Assembly: GCA_013001465.1 (NCBI GenBank)
Contig: JABDMM010000039.1
Span: 32,689-96,688, forward strand
Length of the DNA stretch: 64,000 nucleotides
Reading direction: 5' to 3'
Origin: Chitinophagales bacterium
GTDB lineage: Bacteria > Bacteroidota > Bacteroidia > Chitinophagales > JABDMM01
The notes beneath the pieces were generated by a model. It worked only from the letters and a program-made list of their open reading frames with translations, had not been told where the DNA came from and searched no databases. Below, piece by piece: positions 29,583-39,474 of the stretch; position 1 is the stretch's first letter; each line of letters starts with the position of its first letter. The translations under genes and the position numbers were made by a program.

Positions 29583-31582
29583 TTCCAGAGTTCGATCAAT
29601 TTTTCTCTAAATCTCTTAATTGGTAAATAATCGCTCTCGAGGTTTGCAGCAAATGGCACCGGAGTATCAAGGCTTGCAACTCTCATTATCGGCGCATCGA
29701 GATCTTCGAATAATTCTTGAGAGATCTTTGCTGAAATTTCGGCACCGATACCGCCGGTCATATTGTCTTCGTGAAAAACGATCAGCTTCCCAGTCTTTTT
29801 AACAGAATCCATTATGGTTTCCCAATCCATTGGGATAAGTGTTTGCAAGTCGATCACATCTGCAGAAACTTCAGTCTCTTCATCGAGGATCTTTTGAGCC
29901 CAATGCACTCCAAATCCATACGTCACTATCGTGAGATCGTCGCCTTCGCGAGCTAATCGTGCTTTACCGATCTCAAGCGTATAATAATCATCAGGAACTT
30001 CGGCAGCAAGACTTCGATATAAAGCCTTATGCTCGAAAAACATGACAGGATTTGGATCCTCTATTGCTGCACATAACAAGCCTTTCGCAGCAGCAGGAGT
30101 TGATGGGTAAACGATTTTCAGTCCGGGCACATGGAAAAACCATGATTCATTGGATTGAGAATGAAAAGGCCCTGCTCCTACACCGGCACCGGTTGGCATT
30201 CGGATCACGACATCGGCATTGACATTCCAACGGTAATGGATCTTTGCCAATACATTTACAATAGCATTGAATCCGGTAGATACAAAATCTGCAAACTGCA
30301 TTTCTACCATGGATTTATAACCCTTCATCGAAAGACCAAGCGCTGCGCTAAGAATTCCAGATTCACATAGAGGTGTATTTCGCACTCTTTCCTTACCGAA
30401 TTCATTCAGGAAACCGTCTGTAATTTTGAAAACTCCTCCGTATTCTGCAATATCCTGACCCATAAGAACCAGATTATCGTACTTTGTCATACTCTGACGC
30501 AAACCATCAGAGATCGCATCAACTAAGCGCTTTTCTGAAGTTGAATTTGAAACAGGAGGGATCACAATTTGATCGTGGTTTTTGTAAACATCAGCAAGCT
30601 CACGATCAGTATCTGCAGCAATGTCTTCATCCGCGTAAGCTTCAGCCAAAGCTTCTTCAATTTCCTTATGAATCTCTTTTTCGAGATGTGTTGCATCCTC
30701 TTGTTTGATGACCCCTTCAGCAATAAGGTATTCTTGATAGTTTATTACAGGATCTTTACTGCGCCAGTATTCCATAAGTTGAGCAGGAACATACTTTGTA
30801 CCCGAAGCTTCTTCATGACCTCGCATTCTGAATGTTCTGCATTCCAATAAAACCGGTTTAGGATCCTTTCGCATTCTTGATAAGATCTCTGAAACCGTAT
30901 TATATACCTCGAGAATATTATTACCATCAATGGAATGAGCTTCCATACCATAACCCTGGCCGCGATCAGCCAGGCTCGAACAACGATACTGCTCGTTGAC
31001 GGGAGTTGACAATCCGTATCCGTTATTTTCGATTATAAATAAAACAGGTAAGTCCCAAACCGAAGCGATATTTAATGCTTCATGAGTATCACCCTGACTA
31101 CTTCCACCGTCACCGCAAAAAGCAACAGCTACTTTTTCTTCTTTATTTAGTTTATTTCCTAAGCCGATGCCGTTGGCAATACACATTTGAGGACCGAGAT
31201 GCGACACCATGCCGCTGATATGATAATCCAGTGTTCCAAAATGAAAAGATCGGTCTCGACCTTTAGTAAAACCACCTTCTTTACCCTGAAATTGCTTGAA
31301 TAGATTGGGAAGAGGCACATTTCGACTGGTAAAGACGCCAAGATTCCTGTGCAGTGGGAAGATAAATTCATCGGGATCGAGTGCTTTAGTAACACCCACA
31401 GCAATAGCTTCCTGTCCGATACCCGCGAACCATTTGGAAACCTTACCTTGTCTTAAAAGGTTCAGCATTTTATTCTCGACCAGACGTGGTTTTAAAATTG
31501 CTTTATGAAGGTCAATCAGTATCTGATCAGAAAGATCTCCTTTTTCGAATTTGAAACCGGTAATTTCCAACTTCTCTATCAT
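29576..31582 (-). CDS. Fused alpha/beta E1 component of a 2-oxoacid (branched-chain type) dehydrogenase
   Basis: TPP motif GDGGSSQGDTHEALN...IIENNGYG in the N-half and a transketolase-like pyrimidine-binding and C-terminal domain in the C-half. This single-polypeptide form is typical of Bacteroidota. Confidence 0.9.
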   Translation of the reverse strand: MIEKLEITGFKFEKGDLSDQILIDLHKAILKPRLVENKMLNLLRQGKVSKWFAGIGQEAIAVGVTKALDPDEFIFPLHRNLGVFTSRNVPLPNLFKQFQGKEGGFTKGRDRSFHFGTLDYHISGMVSHLGPQMCIANGIGLGNKLNKEEKVAVAFCGDGGSSQGDTHEALNIASVWDLPVLFIIENNGYGLSTPVNEQYRCSSLADRGQGYGMEAHSIDGNNILEVYNTVSEILSRMRKDPKPVLLECRTFRMRGHEEASGTKYVPAQLMEYWRSKDPVINYQEYLIAEGVIKQEDATHLEKEIHKEIEEALAEAYADEDIAADTDRELADVYKNHDQIVIPPVSNSTSEKRLVDAISDGLRQSMTKYDNLVLMGQDIAEYGGVFKITDGFLNEFGKERVRNTPLCESGILSAALGLSMKGYKSMVEMQFADFVSTGFNAIVNVLAKIHYRWNVNADVVIRMPTGAGVGAGPFHSQSNESWFFHVPGLKIVYPSTPAAAKGLLCAAIEDPNPVMFFEHKALYRSLAAEVPDDYYTLEIGKARLAREGDDLTIVTYGFGVHWAQKILDEETEVSADVIDLQTLIPMDWETIMDSVKKTGKLIVFHEDNMTGGIGAEISAKISQELFEDLDAPIMRVASLDTPVPFAANLESDYLPIKRFREKLIELWNY

Positions 31583-31604
31583 GTTTAATTTTTACGAAAG
31601 AGTA

Positions 31605-32054
31605 TTAATCGGGTTGTTTAGATATCGTAGCTGGAGGAATTTTGTTGACTCTTCTTTGATGTCTGCCACCTTCAAATTCTGTCGTGAAAAATGTATCTGC
31701 AAAAAGAAAAGCATCAGCATTGGAGATAAAGCGGGAAGGCAGGCAAATTATATTGGCATTATTGTGAAGTCGAGCCAACCTGGTGATCTCTTCGGTCCAG
31801 CAAATAGCAGCTCGGATACCGGCATGTTTATTTGCGGTCATAGCAACACCGTTAGCACTTCCACAAAGTAAAATTCCGAAAGAACCATTATCGACAACAA
31901 AGTCGCAAACAGGATGCACAAAATCAGGATAATCAACAGATTCCTCTGATTGAGTTCCGAAATCCTCCACTTGGTGATCTTTAGAGACAAGATAATCTTT
32001 GAGCGCTTCTTTCATTTTAAACCCTGCGTGATCGCAGCCGATGGCAATTTTCAT
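31605..32054 (-). CDS. rpiB: Ribose-5-phosphate isomerase B
   Basis: MKIAIGCDHAGF and LCGSANGV motifs. The start is set at ATG 32054, because the longer ORF would overlap tatC. Confidence 0.93.
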   Translation of the reverse strand: MKIAIGCDHAGFKMKEALKDYLVSKDHQVEDFGTQSEESVDYPDFVHPVCDFVVDNGSFGILLCGSANGVAMTANKHAGIRAAICWTEEITRLARLHNNANIICLPSRFISNADAFLFADTFFTTEFEGGRHQRRVNKIPPATISKQPD

Positions 32055-32070
32055 TTCTGTAAGATTTTGT

Positions 32071-32901
32071 TTAAGAATCCATCTTAGCCAGTCTATTTTT
32101 TTCGACCCTGGCTGCAATGAAAATACTTATTTCATACAATATACACACTGGCAGTGTCACCATGATCTGCGTTCCAACATCTGCAGGAGTTATAATGGCT
32201 GCTATCAGTAGAATTACAACAAAAGCATGCTTTCTATAACTCCTCATCATATCCGGGCCTACCAGACCAACTTTTGCCAGAAAATAGACAACCATCGGCA
32301 GTTCGAAAAGAATACCGGAAGCCATCACGAACATGGTGATAAAGCCCATATAATTCTTAAGTGAGAAGTTGTTCCCGATCGCTGAGCTCACCTCGTAATT
32401 GGCGAAAAAATTAACTGAAAAAGGCATGAGCACATAGTAGCCAAATGCAATACCCATGAAAAACAACAATGAGCTAAAGAAAATTATAACCCGGGAATAC
32501 TTCATTTCCTCAGAATAGAGTGCAGGCTTAATGAAGCGCCACATCTCCCAGAATATATATGGAAAGCTGATAACGAAACCTAGAATCAATGAAGTTTTAA
32601 GATGGACAAGGAATTGCCCTGCTAATTCAAGATTAATAATATTGAAAGTGATCTCATTTATGCAGAAGCGATCACTGAGCATAATTTTATCGCTCAGATA
32701 ACAGAGAGCGCGGTATGTTGGGAAATCCTCTCTTACCGGACCGAAGAGCACATAGTCGAAGATAAAGCGTTTGTTAAGAAAAGCCACTATCATAAAAACC
32801 ACCACAGCTATAGCAGATCTAATAATATGCCAGCGCAATTCCTCGAGATGGTCGAAAAAGGACATCTCTTTTTCCAGCGGTCTTTTTTTTGCTTTACTCA
32901 C
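32071..32901 (-). CDS. tatC: Twin-arginine translocase subunit TatC
   Basis: FFDHLEELRWHIIRS and a six-TM TatC layout. The start is either GTG at 32901 or ATG at 32865. Confidence 0.93.
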   Translation of the reverse strand: MSKAKKRPLEKEMSFFDHLEELRWHIIRSAIAVVVFMIVAFLNKRFIFDYVLFGPVREDFPTYRALCYLSDKIMLSDRFCINEITFNIINLELAGQFLVHLKTSLILGFVISFPYIFWEMWRFIKPALYSEEMKYSRVIIFFSSLLFFMGIAFGYYVLMPFSVNFFANYEVSSAIGNNFSLKNYMGFITMFVMASGILFELPMVVYFLAKVGLVGPDMMRSYRKHAFVVILLIAAIITPADVGTQIMVTLPVCILYEISIFIAARVEKNRLAKMDS

Positions 32902-32924
32902 ATCAATTTATTGAGAAGTGAGCG

Positions 32925-32932
32925 CAAAAATA
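32925..32932 (-). promoter_or_regulatory. -7 box TATTTTTG upstream of tatC
   Basis: TAnnTTTG match on the minus strand, 23 nt upstream of the GTG at 32901. Confidence 0.4.
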
Positions 32933-32936
32933 CTGC

Positions 32937-33950
32937 TTAATTACTTTCAAGAATATCAAATACGGCTTGAATATCCGGAGATAGAATAATTTCTGTTCTC
33001 CGATTATTGCTACGGCCCTGAGCGGTCTCATTCTTATCTATCGGGAAATATTCACTTCTACCAGAAGCAACAACTCTGTATGGATCGATCGCGTGTCCTC
33101 CGGTAGTCAAAATTTTAACGACTGAAGTTGCACGCATCACACTAAGATCCCAATTGTCTTTTATATCACCACCGCTGGAAAAGAATGGAACATTATCTGT
33201 GTGTCCTTCGACCACAACTTTTAGATCTGTTTCGTTCTGAAGTGCAGCAGCAAGTCTAATTAAAGCTTCCTTCCCTTTTGGGTCAACCTTTGCGCTTCCG
33301 CTTTTGAACAGCAAGTTCTCAGACATAGAAACATAGATCCTGCCATCTTTTAGTTTTACAGTAAGGTCATCACTTGAAATACCGGTAAGTGCTTTGGTGA
33401 TGTTAGCCTTTAATTGGGCAGCAGCCTGATCTTTCTTTTTAAGCATCTCCTCAAGCTCGACGAGCTTTTTTTCCCGTAAGCTTAGATCTTTGTTTAAAGC
33501 ATCGATCTTACTAGCTTTTTCGTTCAGATTTGCTTCCAAAGTTGACAGTGCTTCTTGTTTTAGCTGCAATTCACTCTCTTTTTCTGAAAGCTTCTCATTC
33601 AACTCCCTCATCTCCTTGGCTGAATTTGCCGCTAAAGCTTTATTCTGGGAAATGCTTTGGGCTAACTGCACATTGAGGTTTGCAATTTCATTTGATGATG
33701 TGGTCAACTCAGAAAATAATCTAATGGTATCTTTCACAAGAGCCTTGTTGTATCTGTTTAGTTTTTCATTCTCTGCAGTTAAGGATCTATTGATCAGGCG
33801 TTCTTCCGCCAGGTCTGACTTACACAGATCTTTTTGAACTTTATATCTTTCAGATAAGGCAGCTTGCTCATCATATTTCTTTACAGACACACAAGATTGT
33901 GTGATCATCGCCAGCGCAATAAAACTGACCAATACAAATTTGATTTTCAT
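32937..33950 (-). CDS. OmpA-family lipoprotein with long coiled-coil region
   Basis: Lipobox ITQSC, about 170 aa of heptad-like coiled coil, and a C-terminal OmpA/MotB peptidoglycan-binding domain (GHTDNVP...NRRTEIIL). Confidence 0.88.
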   Translation of the reverse strand: MKIKFVLVSFIALAMITQSCVSVKKYDEQAALSERYKVQKDLCKSDLAEERLINRSLTAENEKLNRYNKALVKDTIRLFSELTTSSNEIANLNVQLAQSISQNKALAANSAKEMRELNEKLSEKESELQLKQEALSTLEANLNEKASKIDALNKDLSLREKKLVELEEMLKKKDQAAAQLKANITKALTGISSDDLTVKLKDGRIYVSMSENLLFKSGSAKVDPKGKEALIRLAAALQNETDLKVVVEGHTDNVPFFSSGGDIKDNWDLSVMRATSVVKILTTGGHAIDPYRVVASGRSEYFPIDKNETAQGRSNNRRTEIILSPDIQAVFDILESN

Positions 33951-33966
33951 ATTAATTGAGTTTGTA

Positions 33967-33974
33967 CAAAGTTA
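33967..33974 (-). promoter_or_regulatory. -7 box TAACTTTG upstream of the coiled-coil OmpA gene
   Basis: TAnnTTTG match on the minus strand, 16 nt upstream of the ATG at 33950. Confidence 0.45.
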
Positions 33975-34096
33975 TAACTATAACGTATCATGAGGCATTT
34001 CTAATATTTAACCTTTCCACAGCGTTAAGATATATGAACAATTAAAATGACAACGATCATGTTGATCAGCGGTAAAAATATACTTGATGTTTTACC

Positions 34097-34104
34097 TATT
34101 TTTG
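34097..34104 (+). promoter_or_regulatory. -7 box TATTTTTG upstream of the TPR/PD40/OmpA gene
   Basis: TAnnTTTG match 23 nt upstream of the ATG at 34128. Confidence 0.45.
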
Positions 34105-34127
34105 TGCGCCAAACTCCAACTTAAAAT

Positions 34128-36359
34128 ATGAAAAACCACCTGAGCAGAATTTTACTAACTATCCTTTTCTTAGCAACCGTCCAAGTAATGGCACCTGCGC
34201 AGGACAATGGTAAAAAAGAAGACAAAGCTCATGCTAGAGAAGCTAAAGCTAAGATGAAGGAAGCCTTGCGTGAAGAAAAGAGAAAAGAGAAGGAAGCTTT
34301 GAAGTTAGACAAGGCACTTGCAAAGGATGCAAAACAAAAAATGAGATTAGCCGAAAATGAGGCGAAAGAAACTGCAAAAGCCAATAGTGAAGGACTCAGT
34401 TGGAAAGATTATCGGGAAGCCGGCGACGAGCTGTTTTACAAAGGTTATTACTATGATGCTATTCCATATTATCAGCGTGGAGCTGAATTAAAACCAGACA
34501 AGATCTGCCTGCCTTGTAAGATCGCAGAATCATACCATTTAACAAGAGACTATCAGAAAGCGGAAGATTGGTTTCAGAAAGTTCTGGCTATTGATTCAAC
34601 TAAGAATAAATACCCTCTCACCCGCTTCTTTTATGCCATGAACATTAAGTCACAAGGGAGATATAAAGAAGCGATCAGGGAGTTGAATAAGTTCATGGGA
34701 CAGAATAGAAAAAAGAAAAAAACGAAAAGTAAAAAATCAGATCCAATCGATGAGTACCTGAGACTAGCAAGACGAGAAAGACTTGGAGCGGAACAGGGTC
34801 AAGCAATGGCTGATACATTCACGATGTCTAAGAACAATATTAAACGATTAGACGATGTGTTCAATAAAGATGGTTTTGAAACGGCACCATATTATGTAGA
34901 TGGACAACAGTTCGTATATACCCAAATGCCGGCTGACATATTCACTTCTAAAAAAAGTGCAAACTTAGGTAGTCAAAGAGGAAAAATTTATGCCGCAAGA
35001 GACATCAGTGGATTTTGGAGAAGCGACGGGGAAATATCAGGGAACGTGAATAAAGGCGAGCTTCATGTAATGGATCCAGCTTACAGTACAGATGGAAAGA
35101 GGATCTACTATTCAAAATGTGATAATAACGGAAAGCCCGGAATGCTATGTAAGATTTATTATAGTGAGATCAGTGTTCGAGGGTGGACAGAAGGAGTAGA
35201 ATTAGGACCCGAAATTAATGTAGAAGGGTACAGTAGTATGCAGCCAAACTTATCTTTGGATGAAGACAGCAATGAAGTGCTGTATTTTGTATCAGACAGG
35301 CCTGGAAGCAGAGGTGGATTTGATATCTGGTACTCTGTTAAAGTTGATGATGGGTCTTTTAAGAGAGCACGAAATGCAGGTGGTATCATAAATACCAGAC
35401 AAAATGAAGTAACACCATTTTTCGACAGCAATAAGAAGTATTTGTACTTCAGTTCCAATGGACATGCCAACATCGGGGGATTGGATGTATTTAAAGCGCT
35501 CAGGAACGATTACGGAGGATGGGAAAGACCTGTAAACTTACAAATGCCGATAAATTCAGCGGCAGATGACTGGCATTTTGTTCTAAACAAGGAAAGCTTC
35601 AAAGGTTTATTTGCATCGAACAGAGCATCAGGAAACTCTGCATATGGTGAAACTTGTTGCGAGGATATATATATGATAAGCTATGCAGAGCCGGTATTCG
35701 CTGTTCAGGGGAAAGTTTTCGAAGAGTACGATGGCAGAAGGGAGAAATCAATAAATGGTTTTGTTACCTTATTCAATTCGACCAATGACTCCATGGTAGG
35801 ATCGTATAGCATGATAGGGAAAGAAAACTTTTACTTTAAACTGGAAGCGAATAAGAATTACTTTTTTGTAACGACAAAAGAGGGTTTCGGTGACCTTATT
35901 TATGAGTTCAATACAAAAAATTTGCGCTTCTCAGATACCCTTGAAATAGACCTGGTACTGATCAGGGAAGATGCAGAAGTTGATTGGAGCGGCACATTGA
36001 TAGGTACGGTGTTCTTCGAATATGATAAGTTTCAGCTTAAACGAGAAGCAGTCTTCACTATGGATTCTGTGGTAAGCTTTATCAAACTGCATCCTGAGTA
36101 TCTCTATGAAGCCGGTGGCCACACAGACAATAAAGGAACAGACGAATACAATCAGAAACTTTCTCTGGAGCGTGCTCTTGCCGTTAGAAAGTACATTCTT
36201 TCTAAAGGTGTAGAAGATAAGAAGATCAAAGCTGTCGGATATGGGGAAAGCAAACCACTCGCACCAAATGAGTTGCCAGATGGGTCAGAAAACCCTAAAG
36301 GTCGTGAAATGAACAGACGAGTTGAATTCAAAGTGGTCGAAAAAGTAAAGCTACCATAG
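34128..36359 (+). CDS. OmpA-family protein with Lys/Glu-rich, TPR and TolB-like (PD40) beta-propeller regions
   Basis: Signal peptide, TPR units and PD40-like repeats (YFVSDRPGSRGGFDIWYS, YFSSNGHANIGGLDVFKA). C-terminal OmpA domain (GGHTDNKGTDEYN...NRRVEF). Confidence 0.88.
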   Translation: MKNHLSRILLTILFLATVQVMAPAQDNGKKEDKAHAREAKAKMKEALREEKRKEKEALKLDKALAKDAKQKMRLAENEAKETAKANSEGLSWKDYREAGDELFYKGYYYDAIPYYQRGAELKPDKICLPCKIAESYHLTRDYQKAEDWFQKVLAIDSTKNKYPLTRFFYAMNIKSQGRYKEAIRELNKFMGQNRKKKKTKSKKSDPIDEYLRLARRERLGAEQGQAMADTFTMSKNNIKRLDDVFNKDGFETAPYYVDGQQFVYTQMPADIFTSKKSANLGSQRGKIYAARDISGFWRSDGEISGNVNKGELHVMDPAYSTDGKRIYYSKCDNNGKPGMLCKIYYSEISVRGWTEGVELGPEINVEGYSSMQPNLSLDEDSNEVLYFVSDRPGSRGGFDIWYSVKVDDGSFKRARNAGGIINTRQNEVTPFFDSNKKYLYFSSNGHANIGGLDVFKALRNDYGGWERPVNLQMPINSAADDWHFVLNKESFKGLFASNRASGNSAYGETCCEDIYMISYAEPVFAVQGKVFEEYDGRREKSINGFVTLFNSTNDSMVGSYSMIGKENFYFKLEANKNYFFVTTKEGFGDLIYEFNTKNLRFSDTLEIDLVLIREDAEVDWSGTLIGTVFFEYDKFQLKREAVFTMDSVVSFIKLHPEYLYEAGGHTDNKGTDEYNQKLSLERALAVRKYILSKGVEDKKIKAVGYGESKPLAPNELPDGSENPKGREMNRRVEFKVVEKVKLP

Positions 36360-36471
36360 CATCTGAAAATCTAAAGCAGATTAAAACTGTTTCGAATATT
36401 TGAAAAATTGTTATTTTTAATGGCTCTAGTATTTTCCAGACAATAAATTAACAATCCAAAAATTTAAAAAC

Positions 36472-38835
36472 ATGAAAAGATTCTTCCTTTCGATCATGGT
36501 AGTCGCGATGATCGGTTTAATGAAGTCAGATGCACAAATTCTGATCTCTAAAGTCGATCCTGCAGGAGACCTGATCACGATAACAAATTACGGTGCAGGA
36601 CCTGCTTCTGTCACTGCTACCTGGCAGTTTTGTTCTAATTTTGGTTACATCAGCTTCGCCACTATACCGATAGTTGATGGCCTTGGAAATTTTCCGACAT
36701 TGCCATCAGGAGCTTCAGTAACCTTTAAGTGGAATGGTGGCCTGAACAACACTGCCGCAGATCTTGGTCTTTACAATTCAAGTAACTTTGGTTCAGCAGC
36801 TGCTATGGAGCACTTTGTTCAATGGGGGAGCGGTGGAAACGGTCGAGAAAATGTAGCCGTTGCCAAGGGAATTTGGACCGGTGGAACATTTCTAACCAAT
36901 ACGACAACAAATCCGGGACCGGGTGTTTTCGGATATAATGGAGCACCTGCTCCGGCTGGAGTTGGAGATTGGATGAACATGGTGAATGTGACACTGTCCG
37001 TCGACATGTCCTTTGAAACAGTAAATGCAGCAGGAGTTCATGTGGCGGGAAGTTTCCAGGGATGGAACCCGGGCTCAACTCCGATGACCGATATTGGCAA
37101 TAACTGCTGGGAACACACCTTTTGCTATCCTGCAGGAGCAAATTTCCAGTACAAATATATCAACGGGAACATGTGGGGGCAGGACGAGTCTGTAACTGAT
37201 CCACTTTGCGGTGGAGCAGGAGGTTATGGAACTGACAGAACAGATACACTTCCTAACGGAGATGTCACCATTCCTAAAGTATGTTTTGGAACTTGTAATC
37301 CATGTATTGCACCGATTTCACTTACATTATATGTCGATATGTCTAAAGTAGCGACAATTGCAGATACTGTTCACGTAGCCGGCTCTTTCAACGGATTCAA
37401 CCCTGCAGCAACACCGATGACTCATATTGGTGATAGTGTTTATTGTGTAACCGTCTCTGTTATACCTGGTTCAAGTATAAATTACAAATTTATTAATGGA
37501 AATTCCTTTAATGGAGATGAGCCTGAAAATGTGGTTTCCGGACCGTGTGCTGCCAATAATGGATTTGGTGACAGAACTTATAATGTTCCTTTAGGAATAC
37601 CGAACGACACTATCTCTGTAGTTTGTTTCAATTCTTGTTTTACTTGCGACAATATTGTAAACCTGACATTATATGTAAACACTTGCCTTATAGATTCTGT
37701 AAGTGAATTCGGAATGTTCGTTGGAGGTACTTTCAATAATTTCGATGCCGGAGTAACTCATATGGCTGACTCAGGAAATGGAATCTGGTGTGCAACCGTG
37801 CAGGTGAACAAAGGCGATACTATCCGTTACAAATTTAATAACGGAGGATCGATCGGAGGAGTATATGAGATAGGAGATACACTTTGTGGAACATCTGATG
37901 GCTTCGGTGATAGAATAGTTATCATTGGAAATACCGATGTGGTATTAGATACAGTATGTTGGAATGAGTGCGATGACTGCGTAAAAAGCACATGCCCTGT
38001 TCCAACAGGTGCACTTACAAACAATATTGGTTTCTTTTCTGCAAATTTAACATGGGATGTAATGGCAAACTCTGTTGGATATCAACTTCAAGGCGGTCTT
38101 ATGGGATCGAATCCAAACAGTTATGTCACATTTGATAGAAATGGAGCAACCAACAATTCACTAGCTGCATCCGGCTTAACAAAGAATACAAGTTATGAAT
38201 GGCAGGTAAGAAACGCATGTCTCGATGCTCAGAGTCAGGTTGTATACTCTGACTGGACTCCGCTTGTGTTCTTTTCAACCTTGAACTGTGCTGCACCAAA
38301 TCCTTCGAGCACAACGAACGTTACCAGCAAAAAAGCAAGGTTAAACTGGACGATAATGCCAAACTCGATCGGCTACATAATTCGTGGACAAGCAATTGGA
38401 GGTTCTGTTGTAACACTTAATGTACCGGGAGGAAGCACAAATTTTCTTCAAGCGACAGGACTAACACCAAACACCTCTTATGCGTGGGCAGTTACAAATG
38501 TATGCAGTACATCGCCATTCATTGAAAGTCAGTTTAGTCAAAGCATGATCAACAACTTTACGACATTGCCATCTGCTACATCTAAAGTTGCGAGCGTAAG
38601 CGGAGAACTGTTTATTTATCCGAATCCTGCAGACAATATGTTGAATATCCTCAATCTCGAAGAAGGAGAAAACGACATTAGTTTGTATGATCTAAGTGGT
38701 AAACTGATAATGGAAATGACAACTGAACAATCTGGGATCCAAATGGAAATAACCAATGTTCCTGCAGGAATTTATCAGATCGTAATTGAAAATGCAAAAA
38801 ATGTAAGAACCGAGAAGTTGATAATTTCAAAATAA
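36472..38835 (+). CDS. T9SS-secreted protein with three tandem carbohydrate-binding-module-like repeats and two FN3-like modules
   Basis: Signal peptide. Three repeats of about 100 aa (V.LTLYVDM....VHVAGSFNG.NP..TPM...G...C.TV....G....YKFINGN). Two modules of the type C..P......N.....A.L.W......GY. C-terminal sorting domain LFIYPNPADNMLNI...GIYQIVI. Confidence 0.85.
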   Translation: MKRFFLSIMVVAMIGLMKSDAQILISKVDPAGDLITITNYGAGPASVTATWQFCSNFGYISFATIPIVDGLGNFPTLPSGASVTFKWNGGLNNTAADLGLYNSSNFGSAAAMEHFVQWGSGGNGRENVAVAKGIWTGGTFLTNTTTNPGPGVFGYNGAPAPAGVGDWMNMVNVTLSVDMSFETVNAAGVHVAGSFQGWNPGSTPMTDIGNNCWEHTFCYPAGANFQYKYINGNMWGQDESVTDPLCGGAGGYGTDRTDTLPNGDVTIPKVCFGTCNPCIAPISLTLYVDMSKVATIADTVHVAGSFNGFNPAATPMTHIGDSVYCVTVSVIPGSSINYKFINGNSFNGDEPENVVSGPCAANNGFGDRTYNVPLGIPNDTISVVCFNSCFTCDNIVNLTLYVNTCLIDSVSEFGMFVGGTFNNFDAGVTHMADSGNGIWCATVQVNKGDTIRYKFNNGGSIGGVYEIGDTLCGTSDGFGDRIVIIGNTDVVLDTVCWNECDDCVKSTCPVPTGALTNNIGFFSANLTWDVMANSVGYQLQGGLMGSNPNSYVTFDRNGATNNSLAASGLTKNTSYEWQVRNACLDAQSQVVYSDWTPLVFFSTLNCAAPNPSSTTNVTSKKARLNWTIMPNSIGYIIRGQAIGGSVVTLNVPGGSTNFLQATGLTPNTSYAWAVTNVCSTSPFIESQFSQSMINNFTTLPSATSKVASVSGELFIYPNPADNMLNILNLEEGENDISLYDLSGKLIMEMTTEQSGIQMEITNVPAGIYQIVIENAKNVRTEKLIISK

Positions 38836-38854
38836 TCAACAGCATTCATATACT

Positions 38855-38886
38855 AAAAAAGCCCCGTTTATCAGCGGGGCTTTTTT
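38855..38886. terminator. Bidirectional rho-independent terminator
   Basis: GC-rich stem gccccg (38861-38866) / cggggc (38875-38880), flanked by A6 upstream and T6 downstream. It sits between convergent genes. Confidence 0.8.
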
Positions 38887-38910
38887 ATTATCACAGTATT
38901 TAAATATTTC

Positions 38911-39474
38911 TTATGAAGCTCTGGAAACTCTTTTGAGTTTATTGATTATAGCCCCAAGTTGCTCCTGATCGCGCCTTAACTGCCAAATAGAAGCAGCAGA
39001 ATTAAGCTCGACAATCATATCCTTATTCTTGAAGAATTCAATTTTAAATTTATAACCACGCTGACCTGCACGCTTTTTTATTTCATGACTGAAATTTAAG
39101 TCAGAATAAGAGATCTCTTTTGCTGTATCACCTTTATCAAAGTATTTTCTTACTCCAATAATCACTTTCTTTTCGTGATCATCAAAGCGAACATAAGTGA
39201 TCTCCTTTTTTCTCACCTTTTTAATTATGAAATAAAGAGTTATAAGCAACCCCAGAACTATACTGATGACTACCCATATATATGGTTTAGCCACAACAAG
39301 CGCAAGAGGATCACTCATATCATAAGGATCAGCTATCCAGTTTTTACTGTTGGATTGCAGTAACATCCAGGGTCCGAGAAAAACTGTCACGGTCCCAATT
39401 AGGAAAATGAAAAAATTCTCTACAAAGAGATATCCCCAATCGTTATGAATGTATTTTTTGGATGGTTTATACAT
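38911..39474 (-). CDS. Hypothetical two-TM membrane protein with basic C-terminal soluble domain
   Basis: Two hydrophobic helices (FFIFLIGTVTVFLGPWMLL and YIWVVISIVLGLLITLYFII), then a beta-rich domain of about 100 aa. I prefer the ATG at 39474 over the GTG at 39516. Confidence 0.6.
   Translation of the reverse strand: MYKPSKKYIHNDWGYLFVENFFIFLIGTVTVFLGPWMLLQSNSKNWIADPYDMSDPLALVVAKPYIWVVISIVLGLLITLYFIIKKVRKKEITYVRFDDHEKKVIIGVRKYFDKGDTAKEISYSDLNFSHEIKKRAGQRGYKFKIEFFKNKDMIVELNSAASIWQLRRDQEQLGAIINKLKRVSRAS

Noticed and set aside
30155-31508. Several 60-93-aa plus-strand ORFs, and minus-strand out-of-frame ORFs, within the E1 dehydrogenase gene.
   Set aside because: All are nested in or antisense to a conserved 668-aa enzyme gene, and none has motifs.
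29576-31582. The fused E1 alpha/beta dehydrogenase lacks adjacent E2/E3 genes, which might be a novelty.
   Set aside because: Single-polypeptide E1 genes encoded away from E2/E3 are a common arrangement in Bacteroidota, to my knowledge, so this is not unusual enough to report as a finding.
32055-32117. An upstream extension of the rpiB ORF that overlaps the tatC 3' end.
   Set aside because: RpiB proteins start at MKIAIGCDHAGF, and the extension has no support.
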